Below, piece by piece: positions 7,913 to 16,002 of a stretch of 64,000 nucleotides of DNA; position 1 is the stretch's first letter, and each line of letters begins with the position of its first letter. Under the pieces are notes generated by a model. It searched no databases, was not told the DNA's origin, and saw only the letters and a program-made list of their open reading frames with translations. The DNA is from a virus, in IMG/VR virus record IMGVR_UViG_3300011013_000009, positions 1-64,000 of that record; one strand, given 5' to 3'. A program made the translations under genes and the position numbers.

Positions 7913-8281
7913 ATGGCTAAAAAGAAAAAAGAAAAAGTATTCCAGCACGGAATTGAAATTACAAAGCCTTGGAGCAAAGAGATGTATGCTCACAATGACA
8001 AGGTTGCAACGGAGGTAAGAGATGAAATTTGGGAAAGATGGGCTAAGGCAGTTTTAGATGCAAACATAGACAAAAATGGCGCATGGGAATATGATGCTAC
8101 TGAGGAAATGGAAGACATCCAGATAGCTGTTACATGTTACGGATTTGGATTTGGGCATAGTATAGGAGATGTAGAGGATGAATTTATAGATGAAATGGAA
8201 AATCTTCCTTATTACCGACTAAATCAAGTAGTAGAAGATTTAGAAATAGAATTAGAAGAAGGGTTTGTTGGCTTTAAATAG
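7913..8281 (+). CDS. hypothetical protein, paralog of 6875..7156
   Basis: Shared motif; promoter cassette. Confidence 0.8.
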   Translation: MAKKKKEKVFQHGIEITKPWSKEMYAHNDKVATEVRDEIWERWAKAVLDANIDKNGAWEYDATEEMEDIQIAVTCYGFGFGHSIGDVEDEFIDEMENLPYYRLNQVVEDLEIELEEGFVGFK

Positions 8282-8360
8282 CCAGCAAACTTTTTTTACT
8301 TTTTATTAGGATCTCTGAAATAAAGGTCTTATATTTAAGTATAATTAAAAATTAAGAGAT

Positions 8361-8657
8361 ATGAAGAAACCAGAAAAACAAGTTTTGTCCTTTAGTGGAT
8401 TTGAGAAGATGCTCCAAGATTTATATCAGGACGCATATTATGAATTAGATTTTATTAATCCTGTACTATGGTATGCAATATATATTGCTGCAGAGGCTGA
8501 TGCTGATAACACAGTTAATGGCGCAATGGCATATTATGACAATGTAGAAATGATGATGATGTTCAATACTACTTTTTTAGATGCAATGGTAATGCTCAGA
8601 GGTAAATTGACAATGTTGGATGAGTTTGCAATTAAAGATTCATATAGATTAAACTAA
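8361..8657 (+). CDS. hypothetical protein
   Basis: ORF track; promoter cassette. Confidence 0.75.
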   Translation: MKKPEKQVLSFSGFEKMLQDLYQDAYYELDFINPVLWYAIYIAAEADADNTVNGAMAYYDNVEMMMMFNTTFLDAMVMLRGKLTMLDEFAIKDSYRLN

Positions 8658-8661
8658 GAAG

Positions 8662-8799
8662 ATGATGAAAGAACCTAATTTTAAAGAAGAACCAAAACTA
8701 TGGGTTTTGTGGAATATGTTTACTTATAAAAATAATGAAGAAACTGCAATTAAGTTATTAAAACAAAAAATGTGGTTACAACGAGACAGAATAACCTAG
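8662..8799 (+). CDS. small hypothetical protein (45 aa)
   Basis: By hand MMKEPNFKEEPKLWVLWNMFTY...; preceded by degenerate junction repeat. Confidence 0.5.
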   Translation: MMKEPNFKEEPKLWVLWNMFTYKNNEETAIKLLKQKMWLQRDRIT

Positions 8800-8858
8800 G
8801 CGTGTCACCATGCTGTAAGAATCCTAGTGATGTCTCTTAAATTTAAAACCAAAAGAAG

Positions 8859-8978
8859 ATGAAGAAGATAATAGCCTCCATGAAGGAAATATATGATGCA
8901 ATGAAACCGAGTGTACACCGTAACAAGAAGAAGTATACTAGGAAAGATAAGCATAAAAAAAAGTTCCCGAAAGATTAG
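8859..8978 (+). CDS. small basic peptide, ArfA-like (39 aa)
   Basis: By hand MKKIIASMKEIYDAMKPSVHRNKKKYTRKDKHKKKFPKD; preceded by TAAAACCAAAAGAAGATG. Confidence 0.55.
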   Translation: MKKIIASMKEIYDAMKPSVHRNKKKYTRKDKHKKKFPKD

Positions 8979-9028
8979 GTTATATGAAATATTATTCTTA
9001 TATTTAAGAAATTAAAAAATTAAAAGAT

Positions 9029-9199
9029 ATGTATAAGATTATTAAATTTATTTGTATATGGGTGTTACCTATAGGATTAGTAAAATTACTTCCACTTGAT
9101 AAGTTATTCGGTATTGACAGCATTGGAGAGCAATTGTATTACAGAATAGATGACTCTAAAAAACATAGAGGCGCGGGTATATTAATTCGTAAATCTTAA
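9029..9199 (+). CDS. small hypothetical protein (56 aa)
   Basis: By hand MYKIIKFICIWVLPIGLVKLL...; promoter 8976. Confidence 0.6.
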   Translation: MYKIIKFICIWVLPIGLVKLLPLDKLFGIDSIGEQLYYRIDDSKKHRGAGILIRKS

Positions 9200-9265
9200 A
9201 AAAAAGTTCCCGAAAGATTAGGACTTACGGAAAACCTACCTTATATTTATATAAAATTAAAAGAT

Positions 9266-9430
9266 ATGTTAGACGTAAAAAGATATTCAGAAAACTTCCA
9301 ACTTAAGTGTTGGGCGACTTATTATAATGTATATGAATTCATTATAAAGCACGGAGAGTTATTAGCATTAGATACTTACCCGACACCGGTAGTAAATTAT
9401 TTTAAAAATTGGATTGATTCCAGAAAATAA
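9266..9430 (+). CDS. small hypothetical protein (54 aa)
   Basis: By hand MLDVKRYSENFQLKCW...; promoter 9219. Confidence 0.6.
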   Translation: MLDVKRYSENFQLKCWATYYNVYEFIIKHGELLALDTYPTPVVNYFKNWIDSRK

Positions 9431-9436
9431 AGAGAC

Positions 9437-10012
9437 ATGAAAGAATACAAATATTATGATAGAGTATTAGCGCTGGCTACATTAGCACACGACGATCAGA
9501 AAAGAAAATATTCTGATGAGATGTATATAACACATCCGATTGCTGTAGCAAAGATATTAGATGATACTTTCGAAGTTCCTGAAGATCTTATCTATGCAGC
9601 ATTATTACATGATGTGATAGAAGACACTACCGTTACTAGATCGATGTTAACAATTCAGTTAATGATGATCTTTAACGACCAGAAATTAGCCTATAGGGTA
9701 GTTAACCTAGTAACAGAACTAACCGATGTATACACCAGTGAAGCATATCCAGGTTTTAATAGAAGGCAACGAAAGCTATTAGAGCATGACAGGATAGCTA
9801 GAATTAGTGATGAAGCAAAGTTAATTAAGTTAGCAGACCTTATCCACAACACCAAGTCTATTGTCGAAGAAGATCCGTCTTTTGCGAAAGTGTATCTTAA
9901 AGAGAAAGACCATATGTTAAAGGAAATGATGGATGCACGAAAATCTGACACGTTTACTTTGGAATTTGTCCAGCTATATGAATTAGCAAAACATCATAAT
10001 AAAGTTTCATAA
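9437..10012 (+). CDS. HD-domain protein, RelA/SpoT-hydrolase (Mesh1/SAH)-like (p)ppGpp hydrolase
   Basis: AHxxQKRK, YITHPIAVA, AALLHDVIEDT, V..LT, IKLADLIHN motifs. Confidence 0.85.
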   Translation: MKEYKYYDRVLALATLAHDDQKRKYSDEMYITHPIAVAKILDDTFEVPEDLIYAALLHDVIEDTTVTRSMLTIQLMMIFNDQKLAYRVVNLVTELTDVYTSEAYPGFNRRQRKLLEHDRIARISDEAKLIKLADLIHNTKSIVEEDPSFAKVYLKEKDHMLKEMMDARKSDTFTLEFVQLYELAKHHNKVS

Positions 10013-10070
10013 AGATTAGGTTATATGAAATATTATTCTTATATTTAAGAAATAATAAAAATTAAGAGAT

Positions 10071-10226
10071 ATGTATAGTTTAAATTGTAATTATTATGAT
10101 CGTGAATTCGAGACGATCGATGACTTAATTAGTGATGTTCTAGATAGTGGCATGGACCCGAATTATGAAATTACCCGCAACGGAGTAACCACGGGCGAGT
10201 GTTTATTTGATTTAATTGGATTTTAA
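10071..10226 (+). CDS. small acidic protein (51 aa)
   Basis: By hand MYSLNCNYYDREFETIDDLISDVLDSGMDPNYEI...; promoter 10017. Confidence 0.7.
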   Translation: MYSLNCNYYDREFETIDDLISDVLDSGMDPNYEITRNGVTTGECLFDLIGF

Positions 10227-10309
10227 AAAAGTTTAAAAAAAGTTAAGGAAAAGGTTGACACGCATTGATCTTTTCCTTATATTTAAGTATAATTTAAAAT
10301 TTAAGAGAT

Positions 10310-10426
10310 ATGAAAAAGAGAAAAATTGAAGCCGGAGTATTCTTCGCAGGAGTATTAGGATTTGCCGTATTGACAGCAATCCTTGTTTATAATGTATTGT
10401 TTAACGGATTAGTAATATGTATTTAA
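10310..10426 (+). CDS. small membrane protein (38 aa)
   Basis: By hand MKKRKIEAGVFFAGVLGFAVLTAILVYNVLFNGLVICI; promoter 10255. Confidence 0.65.
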   Translation: MKKRKIEAGVFFAGVLGFAVLTAILVYNVLFNGLVICI

Positions 10427-10427
10427 G

Positions 10428-10625
10428 ATGAGAGAGTTATTTGATATGTTCGACAATAAGATAGCTGTTATAAAGACAGCAATGATAATGATGTGTACAA
10501 TATTGTTTGTTGTAGGATCATGTTTAATCAATCCGATGATATTACTTTACACGGCGTTGGTAGCGTTGGGTATAGCATTATTATATTGTATATTCTTAAT
10601 AATATACATGTTTGTAGATGATTAA
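10428..10625 (+). CDS. small membrane protein, 2 TM
   Basis: ORF track; hydrophobic. Confidence 0.65.
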   Translation: MRELFDMFDNKIAVIKTAMIMMCTILFVVGSCLINPMILLYTALVALGIALLYCIFLIIYMFVDD

Positions 10626-10696
10626 AAAAGTTTAAAAAAGATTAGGACTTACGAAATAAAGGTGGTATATTTAAGTATAATTAAAAATTTAAAAAA

Positions 10697-10894
10697 ATGA
10701 GTAAAAATAAAGGTTACGGTTATGATAGACAAGACGCAGTCATCAGCAAATTCCGAAGAGATGTAAAGTCATCTAATAAGACGTCAGCAGTAGGTCAAGC
10801 AATTGCAAGAGGCAAGAAAGCTAAGAAAAAAATCGAAGAGACTGAAGAGGTAAGATTTTCTCCCAGAGCTTTAATAGAATTAAATAATGGGTAA
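10697..10894 (+). CDS. basic hypothetical protein
   Basis: ORF track; promoter 10643. Confidence 0.7.
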   Translation: MSKNKGYGYDRQDAVISKFRRDVKSSNKTSAVGQAIARGKKAKKKIEETEEVRFSPRALIELNNG

Positions 10895-11624
10895 GATATA
10901 TGTAAGCACCGGTGCTGTCATCTCAGATGTTGATAGCACCAAGCTTTACCTGAATGAGATAAAGCAGGCAAAGTTATTGACCCAGGAAGAAGAAAAGGCG
11001 TTAGCCGAAAGAATAAAAGACGGAGACCAATCCGCAGTTAACAAGTTAGTAGAATCTAATCTCCGCTTTGTAGTACAGGTTGCTAAGCAATACCAGGGAA
11101 TGGGAGTTGAGTTAGAAGACTTGATTGGCTTTGGTAACTTAGGATTATTCGAAGCTGCGAAAAGGTTTGAAGCTGATAGAGGAATCAAATTCATTAGCTT
11201 TGCAGTATGGTATGTTAGAGCTGAATTACAAAAGGCGTTGAATGACACCGGAAGAACAGTAAGGATACCTTCCCACAAAACAATGACAGAAGAATACTCA
11301 ACCGTTAGCACCGGAATGAAAATAGGTGAAGGAGAGGATTCGGAAACCTATGCGGATAGATATCTTCCCGCTGAAAAGGAGACTCCACAGAGTGCATTGC
11401 AGGATTTGAAATATGACTTGACAAGAGCATTAGGATTGTTAAAGCCTAAGCAGAGAACGGCTATTGAAATGTTTTATGGTATTGGGTATGACTATCCAAA
11501 GCCGATGGAGCAGATAGCTATCGAGTTATCAGTAACCGGAGAGCGAGCGAGGCAGTTAGTTCGTCAAGCGGAGCTCGGATTGAAGAAAATGTCAGGAATA
11601 AAATTGTTAGAACAATACCTATAA
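10887..11624 (+). CDS. RNA polymerase sigma factor, sigma70 (RpoD/RpoS-like) family
   Basis: Region 1.2 YLNEIKQAKLLTQEEEKALA; region 2 LVESNLRFVVQVAKQY, EDLIGFGNLGL, KFISFAVWYVR; region 4 IAIELSVTGERARQL. Confidence 0.92.
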   Translation: MGKIYVSTGAVISDVDSTKLYLNEIKQAKLLTQEEEKALAERIKDGDQSAVNKLVESNLRFVVQVAKQYQGMGVELEDLIGFGNLGLFEAAKRFEADRGIKFISFAVWYVRAELQKALNDTGRTVRIPSHKTMTEEYSTVSTGMKIGEGEDSETYADRYLPAEKETPQSALQDLKYDLTRALGLLKPKQRTAIEMFYGIGYDYPKPMEQIAIELSVTGERARQLVRQAELGLKKMSGIKLLEQYL

Positions 11625-11683
11625 AAGATTTGGTACTTTGAAATATTATTCTTATATTTAAGAAATAATAAAAATTAAGAGAT

Positions 11684-11908
11684 ATGAAAGAAGGAGTAAG
11701 TTTAAACGTAGTAGTATTCATAGTATTCCTGATACTAAAATTAGTAGGAGTGATAACATGGAGTTGGGTTTGGGTAACGAGTCCAATTTGGATAGGAGTG
11801 ATATTAGGCATATTGGTTTTGATAGCAATCGAATTATTGAAAGCGTATTTAGATAAAAGATCCAATAAGAGATTCGAAGAGTATAGAAAAAATAAGTTTA
11901 ATAAATAA
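11684..11908 (+). CDS. small membrane protein
   Basis: IVFLILKLVGVITWSWVWVTSPIWI, a widespread phage membrane-protein motif. Confidence 0.8.
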   Translation: MKEGVSLNVVVFIVFLILKLVGVITWSWVWVTSPIWIGVILGILVLIAIELLKAYLDKRSNKRFEEYRKNKFNK

Positions 11909-11913
11909 GAGAT

Positions 11914-12156
11914 ATGAAAGATTATAGTAAAATGACAACCGATGAATTGGTTGAGGAATTAGACAGATTAGAATTAGGATTAGAAATGAACTTGGTGATG
12001 GATGGAAGCGGAGAGTTAGGCGATGTTATCGGCAAAGGATATTATGAAGACATTAATGCTATCGAAAAGGAATTGCAGACAAGACCTGATAACCCTTATA
12101 AGTTCGATGGCAATATCGATCCCGATGATTATTTTACCGATGATTTACCTTTCTAA
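11914..12156 (+). CDS. acidic hypothetical protein
   Basis: ORF track; ends DDLPF (SSB-like tail). Confidence 0.75.
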   Translation: MKDYSKMTTDELVEELDRLELGLEMNLVMDGSGELGDVIGKGYYEDINAIEKELQTRPDNPYKFDGNIDPDDYFTDDLPF

Positions 12157-12266
12157 TTCAGGAAAAAAAAGTTCGCAAAAAGGTCGACTCGTATTGATAT
12201 TATTCTTATATTTAAGAAATAATAAAAATTAAGAGATATGAAAAATAATAAAAAAAGATTAGAGAT

Positions 12267-12506
12267 ATGAAAGAAGGTAACAAGGTTAAGATAATAGTTT
12301 GGACTGATAGACGCAGTGAGAAACAAACAATAGACTTAGATGCTAGCCAATTGGAAAGCGCTGTAAGTTCAGGACATGACAATGATTGGAACTGGAATAT
12401 TGATAAAATTAAATATCACTTAAATAGTGGAGATAAGAAAGGCACCACAGATATAACAAGATATCATGGTGGTGGTTCTGATGCTGTTTATTGGGAATTA
12501 AAATAA
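12267..12506 (+). CDS. hypothetical protein
   Basis: ORF track; flanked by a 21-bp direct repeat. Confidence 0.75.
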   Translation: MKEGNKVKIIVWTDRRSEKQTIDLDASQLESAVSSGHDNDWNWNIDKIKYHLNSGDKKGTTDITRYHGGGSDAVYWELK

Positions 12507-12570
12507 TAAAAAAAGATTAGGTTAATTGAAATATTATCCTTATATTTAAGAAATAATAAAAATTAGAGAC

Positions 12571-13521
12571 ATGAGCAATATTTATGAACCGGCCAGGTTA
12601 AATGGCAAATTAGTAGCAAAGAACATCGCTACAGGGAGTATCGCTCCGGAGGGATTGATTAGAGATATCCAAATCCAAAATGCTGAGAAGCAAGGACAGG
12701 TATTGGCAGTTGATCCGCATAATGGCAGAGTAACGAGACTCCCAGCTTCAGTAGTCGGAAAGGCTCCGGCGGAAGTGGAAGATCCTAAGCTATCCTTTAT
12801 GACAGTAGTTGAAAAGCGAGACCCGAAGGATATGTTCGACAATTTGGAGAGACTGACTAAAATGGTAGGCAGAGGAATCCAACCATCCTTGGTAGTAACC
12901 GGAGGCGCCGGATTGGGTAAGACTTATTTGGTTAAGAAAACATTAGCTGATATGGGCTTAACGGAAGCTAAGGAATTCGTTCACTTTAAAGGAAGAGCAA
13001 CTGCGGCGGGATTGTTTGTAACGCTGTATGAGAATGAGAATAAGATTATAGTGTTGGATGATTGTGATAGCGTGTTTAAGGATGCCGATGCAGTGAATTT
13101 ATTAAAAGCGGCATTGGATAGCTATGACACACGAAGGATATCATATATCAGTACTAAGCCGTTAAAGGATCAATACGGAGACCCAGTGCCAAGACACTTT
13201 GAGTTTACCGGTAAGATAATCTTTATATCCAACCTAAGCCAAGCTACGCTGGATGAAGCAGTTAAAAGCCGTTCCTTTGTATCAGACATCACAATGACGC
13301 AGGAACAAATGTTTATCCGAATAGAGCAGTTAATGGAGAGTATGGAGACAAGGATTCCAGAGACAGCTAAGAAGCAGGCATTAGAAATAATGAAAGAGTT
13401 ACATGAAAAGTATAGTGGCGTTGAGATTAATTTGAGAAGCTTTATTAAAGCGGCAAGGATATGTGCAATGGGATTTGATGATCCGACTACTATGGTAGCT
13501 GAGCAAATTATTAATTTATAA
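12571..13521 (+). CDS. AAA+/P-loop ATPase
   Basis: Walker A GGAGLGKT, Walker B IIVLDDCD, IIFISN sensor, SR finger. Confidence 0.85.
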   Translation: MSNIYEPARLNGKLVAKNIATGSIAPEGLIRDIQIQNAEKQGQVLAVDPHNGRVTRLPASVVGKAPAEVEDPKLSFMTVVEKRDPKDMFDNLERLTKMVGRGIQPSLVVTGGAGLGKTYLVKKTLADMGLTEAKEFVHFKGRATAAGLFVTLYENENKIIVLDDCDSVFKDADAVNLLKAALDSYDTRRISYISTKPLKDQYGDPVPRHFEFTGKIIFISNLSQATLDEAVKSRSFVSDITMTQEQMFIRIEQLMESMETRIPETAKKQALEIMKELHEKYSGVEINLRSFIKAARICAMGFDDPTTMVAEQIINL

Positions 13522-13540
13522 ACCATGTCTCTTAGGTTTA

Positions 13541-13566
13541 AGGAGTCGGAAACGGCTCCTTTTTTT
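13541..13566 (+). terminator. intrinsic terminator
   Basis: AGGAGTCG-GAAA-CGGCTCCT plus T-run. Confidence 0.85.
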
Positions 13567-13645
13567 CTTTAAACTTCACCGGTAAAAGATTTGGTAGAAT
13601 GAAAAAAACACCTTATATTTAAGTATAATTTAAAATTTAAGAGAT

Positions 13646-14245
13646 ATGAAAAAATTGAAAAAGCAAAAAGTAAAATTCATCGACAATACCGCAGCTTTAA
13701 AGAAAACGGATAAGAAGCACAAAGACGAAACGAATGATTGTGTGGTGTATGCTTTTATGAATGCATTTGAGGTTAGCTATGATGAAGCACATGAATATGT
13801 TGAAAAGAATTATAGCAGACGAAAAGGCAAAGGTACATTTAATACGGTACACGGATTAGCTGAGATGGGTGGATTGAAATTAGTATTATCTAAGAATACA
13901 GATAGTGATTGTGACACTAGTTATTTGAATGGCAAGACAACTAAGTATATCGGAAGTCATCCTAAAGCGTGTGTTAAAGACAAGGAAGGTAACGCTTATG
14001 GGACTTATATTAAATTAACCAATCCATTATATCCCTTAGGCAAAGGAGAGTATGCCGGATACACAGTAGGGAAGTTTAGATTACAGCATCCTAAGGGAAC
14101 ATATATTATATTAGTGAGTGGGCACGCATTGTGTATCAAAGACGGAGCGACAGTAGATAACTATTCTGAGAATGATATGTTATTCCAATTCTATAACAGA
14201 GATCAGAGAAGAGCTCTTCATATCTTCCAAGTAATTGACAAGTAA
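13646..14245 (+). CDS. hypothetical protein, possible papain-like (Cys-His-Asp) fold
   Basis: NDCVVYA ... GHALCIKDG..VD motifs. Confidence 0.6.
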   Translation: MKKLKKQKVKFIDNTAALKKTDKKHKDETNDCVVYAFMNAFEVSYDEAHEYVEKNYSRRKGKGTFNTVHGLAEMGGLKLVLSKNTDSDCDTSYLNGKTTKYIGSHPKACVKDKEGNAYGTYIKLTNPLYPLGKGEYAGYTVGKFRLQHPKGTYIILVSGHALCIKDGATVDNYSENDMLFQFYNRDQRRALHIFQVIDK

Positions 14246-14306
14246 AAAAGATTTGGTAGAGTGAAATAAAAACCTTATATTTAAGAAATAATAAAAATTA
14301 AGAGAT

Positions 14307-14648
14307 ATGAAAAAGTTTAAAAAGTTTAATTTAGGAGACACCGTTAGAGCTCACGATTTTGAAGGCAATTTGGAAGTAGGAACTATTAATGCCTGTTATG
14401 TAGAAGGCATTGTAGTAGACATTGTTAGAGTAGTAGAGATAGGAGGTTGTATGTGTTATAAGCTTAAGTGTACTAAGAAAGTATTTGGAGGCGAAGAGAT
14501 TAAAGAACACAAAGGCGAAATAGTATTCAGTCCTGTTAATGGCACTAAGACATTCTTCGGTAAAGAATTAAATCAGGTTGTGTTAGTTGAGGCATTTGAT
14601 GAAGACACAGATCCCGCAGGTGGATATGGATTACATTCCCACATTTAA
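14307..14648 (+). CDS. hypothetical protein
   Basis: ORF track; promoter 14253. Confidence 0.75.
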   Translation: MKKFKKFNLGDTVRAHDFEGNLEVGTINACYVEGIVVDIVRVVEIGGCMCYKLKCTKKVFGGEEIKEHKGEIVFSPVNGTKTFFGKELNQVVLVEAFDEDTDPAGGYGLHSHI

Positions 14649-14728
14649 AAGACGGAAAAGAAATTAGGATAGTTGAAATATTATCCTTATATTTAAGTAT
14701 TATTAATAATTAAAAAATAAATAATAAA

Positions 14729-15157
14729 ATGAAAAAAGTAAGTTTAAAAGAACAAATCGAAAAAGTAGAGAACCAATCATTAAGTGGAATTTATTCTAAG
14801 GAAGATGTATTGGCATTGTTAAATGATGTAGAAGCTGAAAAAGAATTTGATATTGACTTAGATGAATTGAAAAAGTATTTATTAAGCAATGTAGAGAATT
14901 ATTTTAATAATGTTTATAACGCAGCAGACTACATTGAAGATCCAGAATTTGAGATTAGCTATGGAAATGAATTGACGCTTGAAAGAGCACAATTTGATTC
15001 TAGCCAATTGGCAACTGATGTGGATGCATGTTTTGATGATGCATTAACAGAATATAAAGATGCCGAAGCAGCAAAGAGAATGGCTGAGATAGATAAGGCA
15101 GAGGAAACTCATTTTGAAGAGGCACCTGCAGAAGAGGTGACAGGAACAGAATTATAA
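14729..15157 (+). CDS. acidic hypothetical protein
   Basis: ORF track; promoter 14665. Confidence 0.8.
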   Translation: MKKVSLKEQIEKVENQSLSGIYSKEDVLALLNDVEAEKEFDIDLDELKKYLLSNVENYFNNVYNAADYIEDPEFEISYGNELTLERAQFDSSQLATDVDACFDDALTEYKDAEAAKRMAEIDKAEETHFEEAPAEEVTGTEL

Positions 15158-15248
15158 ACTAGTTAACACAGAGATAATGAAGAAGAGAGTTTAATACAAA
15201 GACATAGCTTTAATATAGAAAGCCAATAAGATAGCAAGACATAAGCAC

Positions 15249-15294
15249 AGCGTCCCTCCTTAAGCCATAGAGCTAAGCAGTAAGGGGCGCTTTC
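15249..15294 (+). terminator. hairpin closing the early region
   Basis: AGCGTCCCT (15249-57) pairs with AGGGGCGCT (15283-91), followed by TTCT. Confidence 0.4.
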
Positions 15295-15311
15295 TACAAT
15301 CCATGCCCTAA

Positions 15312-15418
15312 GGGGGCGTAGTAAAGGGGGCAGGGGTAGAACAAGGGGGGCTGGGGCAAAACCGGGGGCTAAAGGGGGCTAAATGGGGGGGTAGGGGAGG
15401 GTTTCATTAACACCCCCC
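15312..15418 (+). other. G-tract island (10 runs of 3-7 G), G-quadruplex-capable
   Basis: G-runs at 15312, 15326, 15333, 15345, 15353, 15364, 15374, 15385, 15394, 15399; C6 at 15413. Confidence 0.75.
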
Positions 15419-15540
15419 TTATCCAGGTGCGGGTTGGCTGCGTTAAACCTATTTTCTTAGCACGGATAGATTTTTTGCTATATAGGTGGTCTTTATTAGA
15501 ATATACTGCGTATATACTTTCTGGTACATATTTATATTAA

Positions 15541-16002
15541 ATGATAAAACTAAAGTCTATATTAACCGAACAATCAACCCCTACGGTAGTATTTGTTTCT
15601 GGATTAACTAAGTATGAATCAGTCGACGCACAGGGCAACCGAATACAAAGCGGTATGCCCGGATTCCAAGTTATAACATTTCATTATAAAGACAAAGAAA
15701 AAATTATAAAATATCTAAAAGATAACAATGTACAAGCTCTTATATTATATAGTAAGTCTTGTGAATACTGGAAGACATATAAACCATATATTAATAATAT
15801 TTTTTGCATTGAGCCATGGAATGGAAGTAATAAGATGGTATCTAGATACTCAGGGTTTCCTGCTGATAATATGTGGGTCGGCCCAGAAGATTATAGAGGG
15901 AATGGATTAAAAACTAATAATGATATAGTGCCCGGCAAAGGAACTCGGGGACATATCGAAGCCTTATCGGTTGTTTCTCTATTAATAGCTAGGAAAATAT
16001 AA
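15541..16002 (+). CDS. putative internal virion protein (MIKLKSILTE tag), alpha/beta-hydrolase-like
   Basis: N-terminal tag; VVFVSGL, LYSKSC and GHIEAL loosely suggest a hydrolase fold. Confidence 0.65.
   Translation: MIKLKSILTEQSTPTVVFVSGLTKYESVDAQGNRIQSGMPGFQVITFHYKDKEKIIKYLKDNNVQALILYSKSCEYWKTYKPYINNIFCIEPWNGSNKMVSRYSGFPADNMWVGPEDYRGNGLKTNNDIVPGKGTRGHIEALSVVSLLIARKI

Larger units (their letters stand above)
3812..14731 (+). promoter_or_regulatory. repeated early promoter and leader cassette, 22 copies: T(A/T)GGnn or TTGACA - N17 - TATATT(TA) ... AATTAA(G/A)AGATATG
   Basis: -35 boxes at 3812, 4262, 4749, 5059, 5395, 6030, 6815, 7262, 7514, 7859, 8307, 8976, 9219, 10017, 10255, 10643, 11630, 12184, 12518, 13591, 14253, 14665, each directly upstream of an ORF; TTTG-N20-TATATTTA at 11629 also fits the Bacteroidota TTTG/TAnnTTTG consensus. 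Confidence 0.85.
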
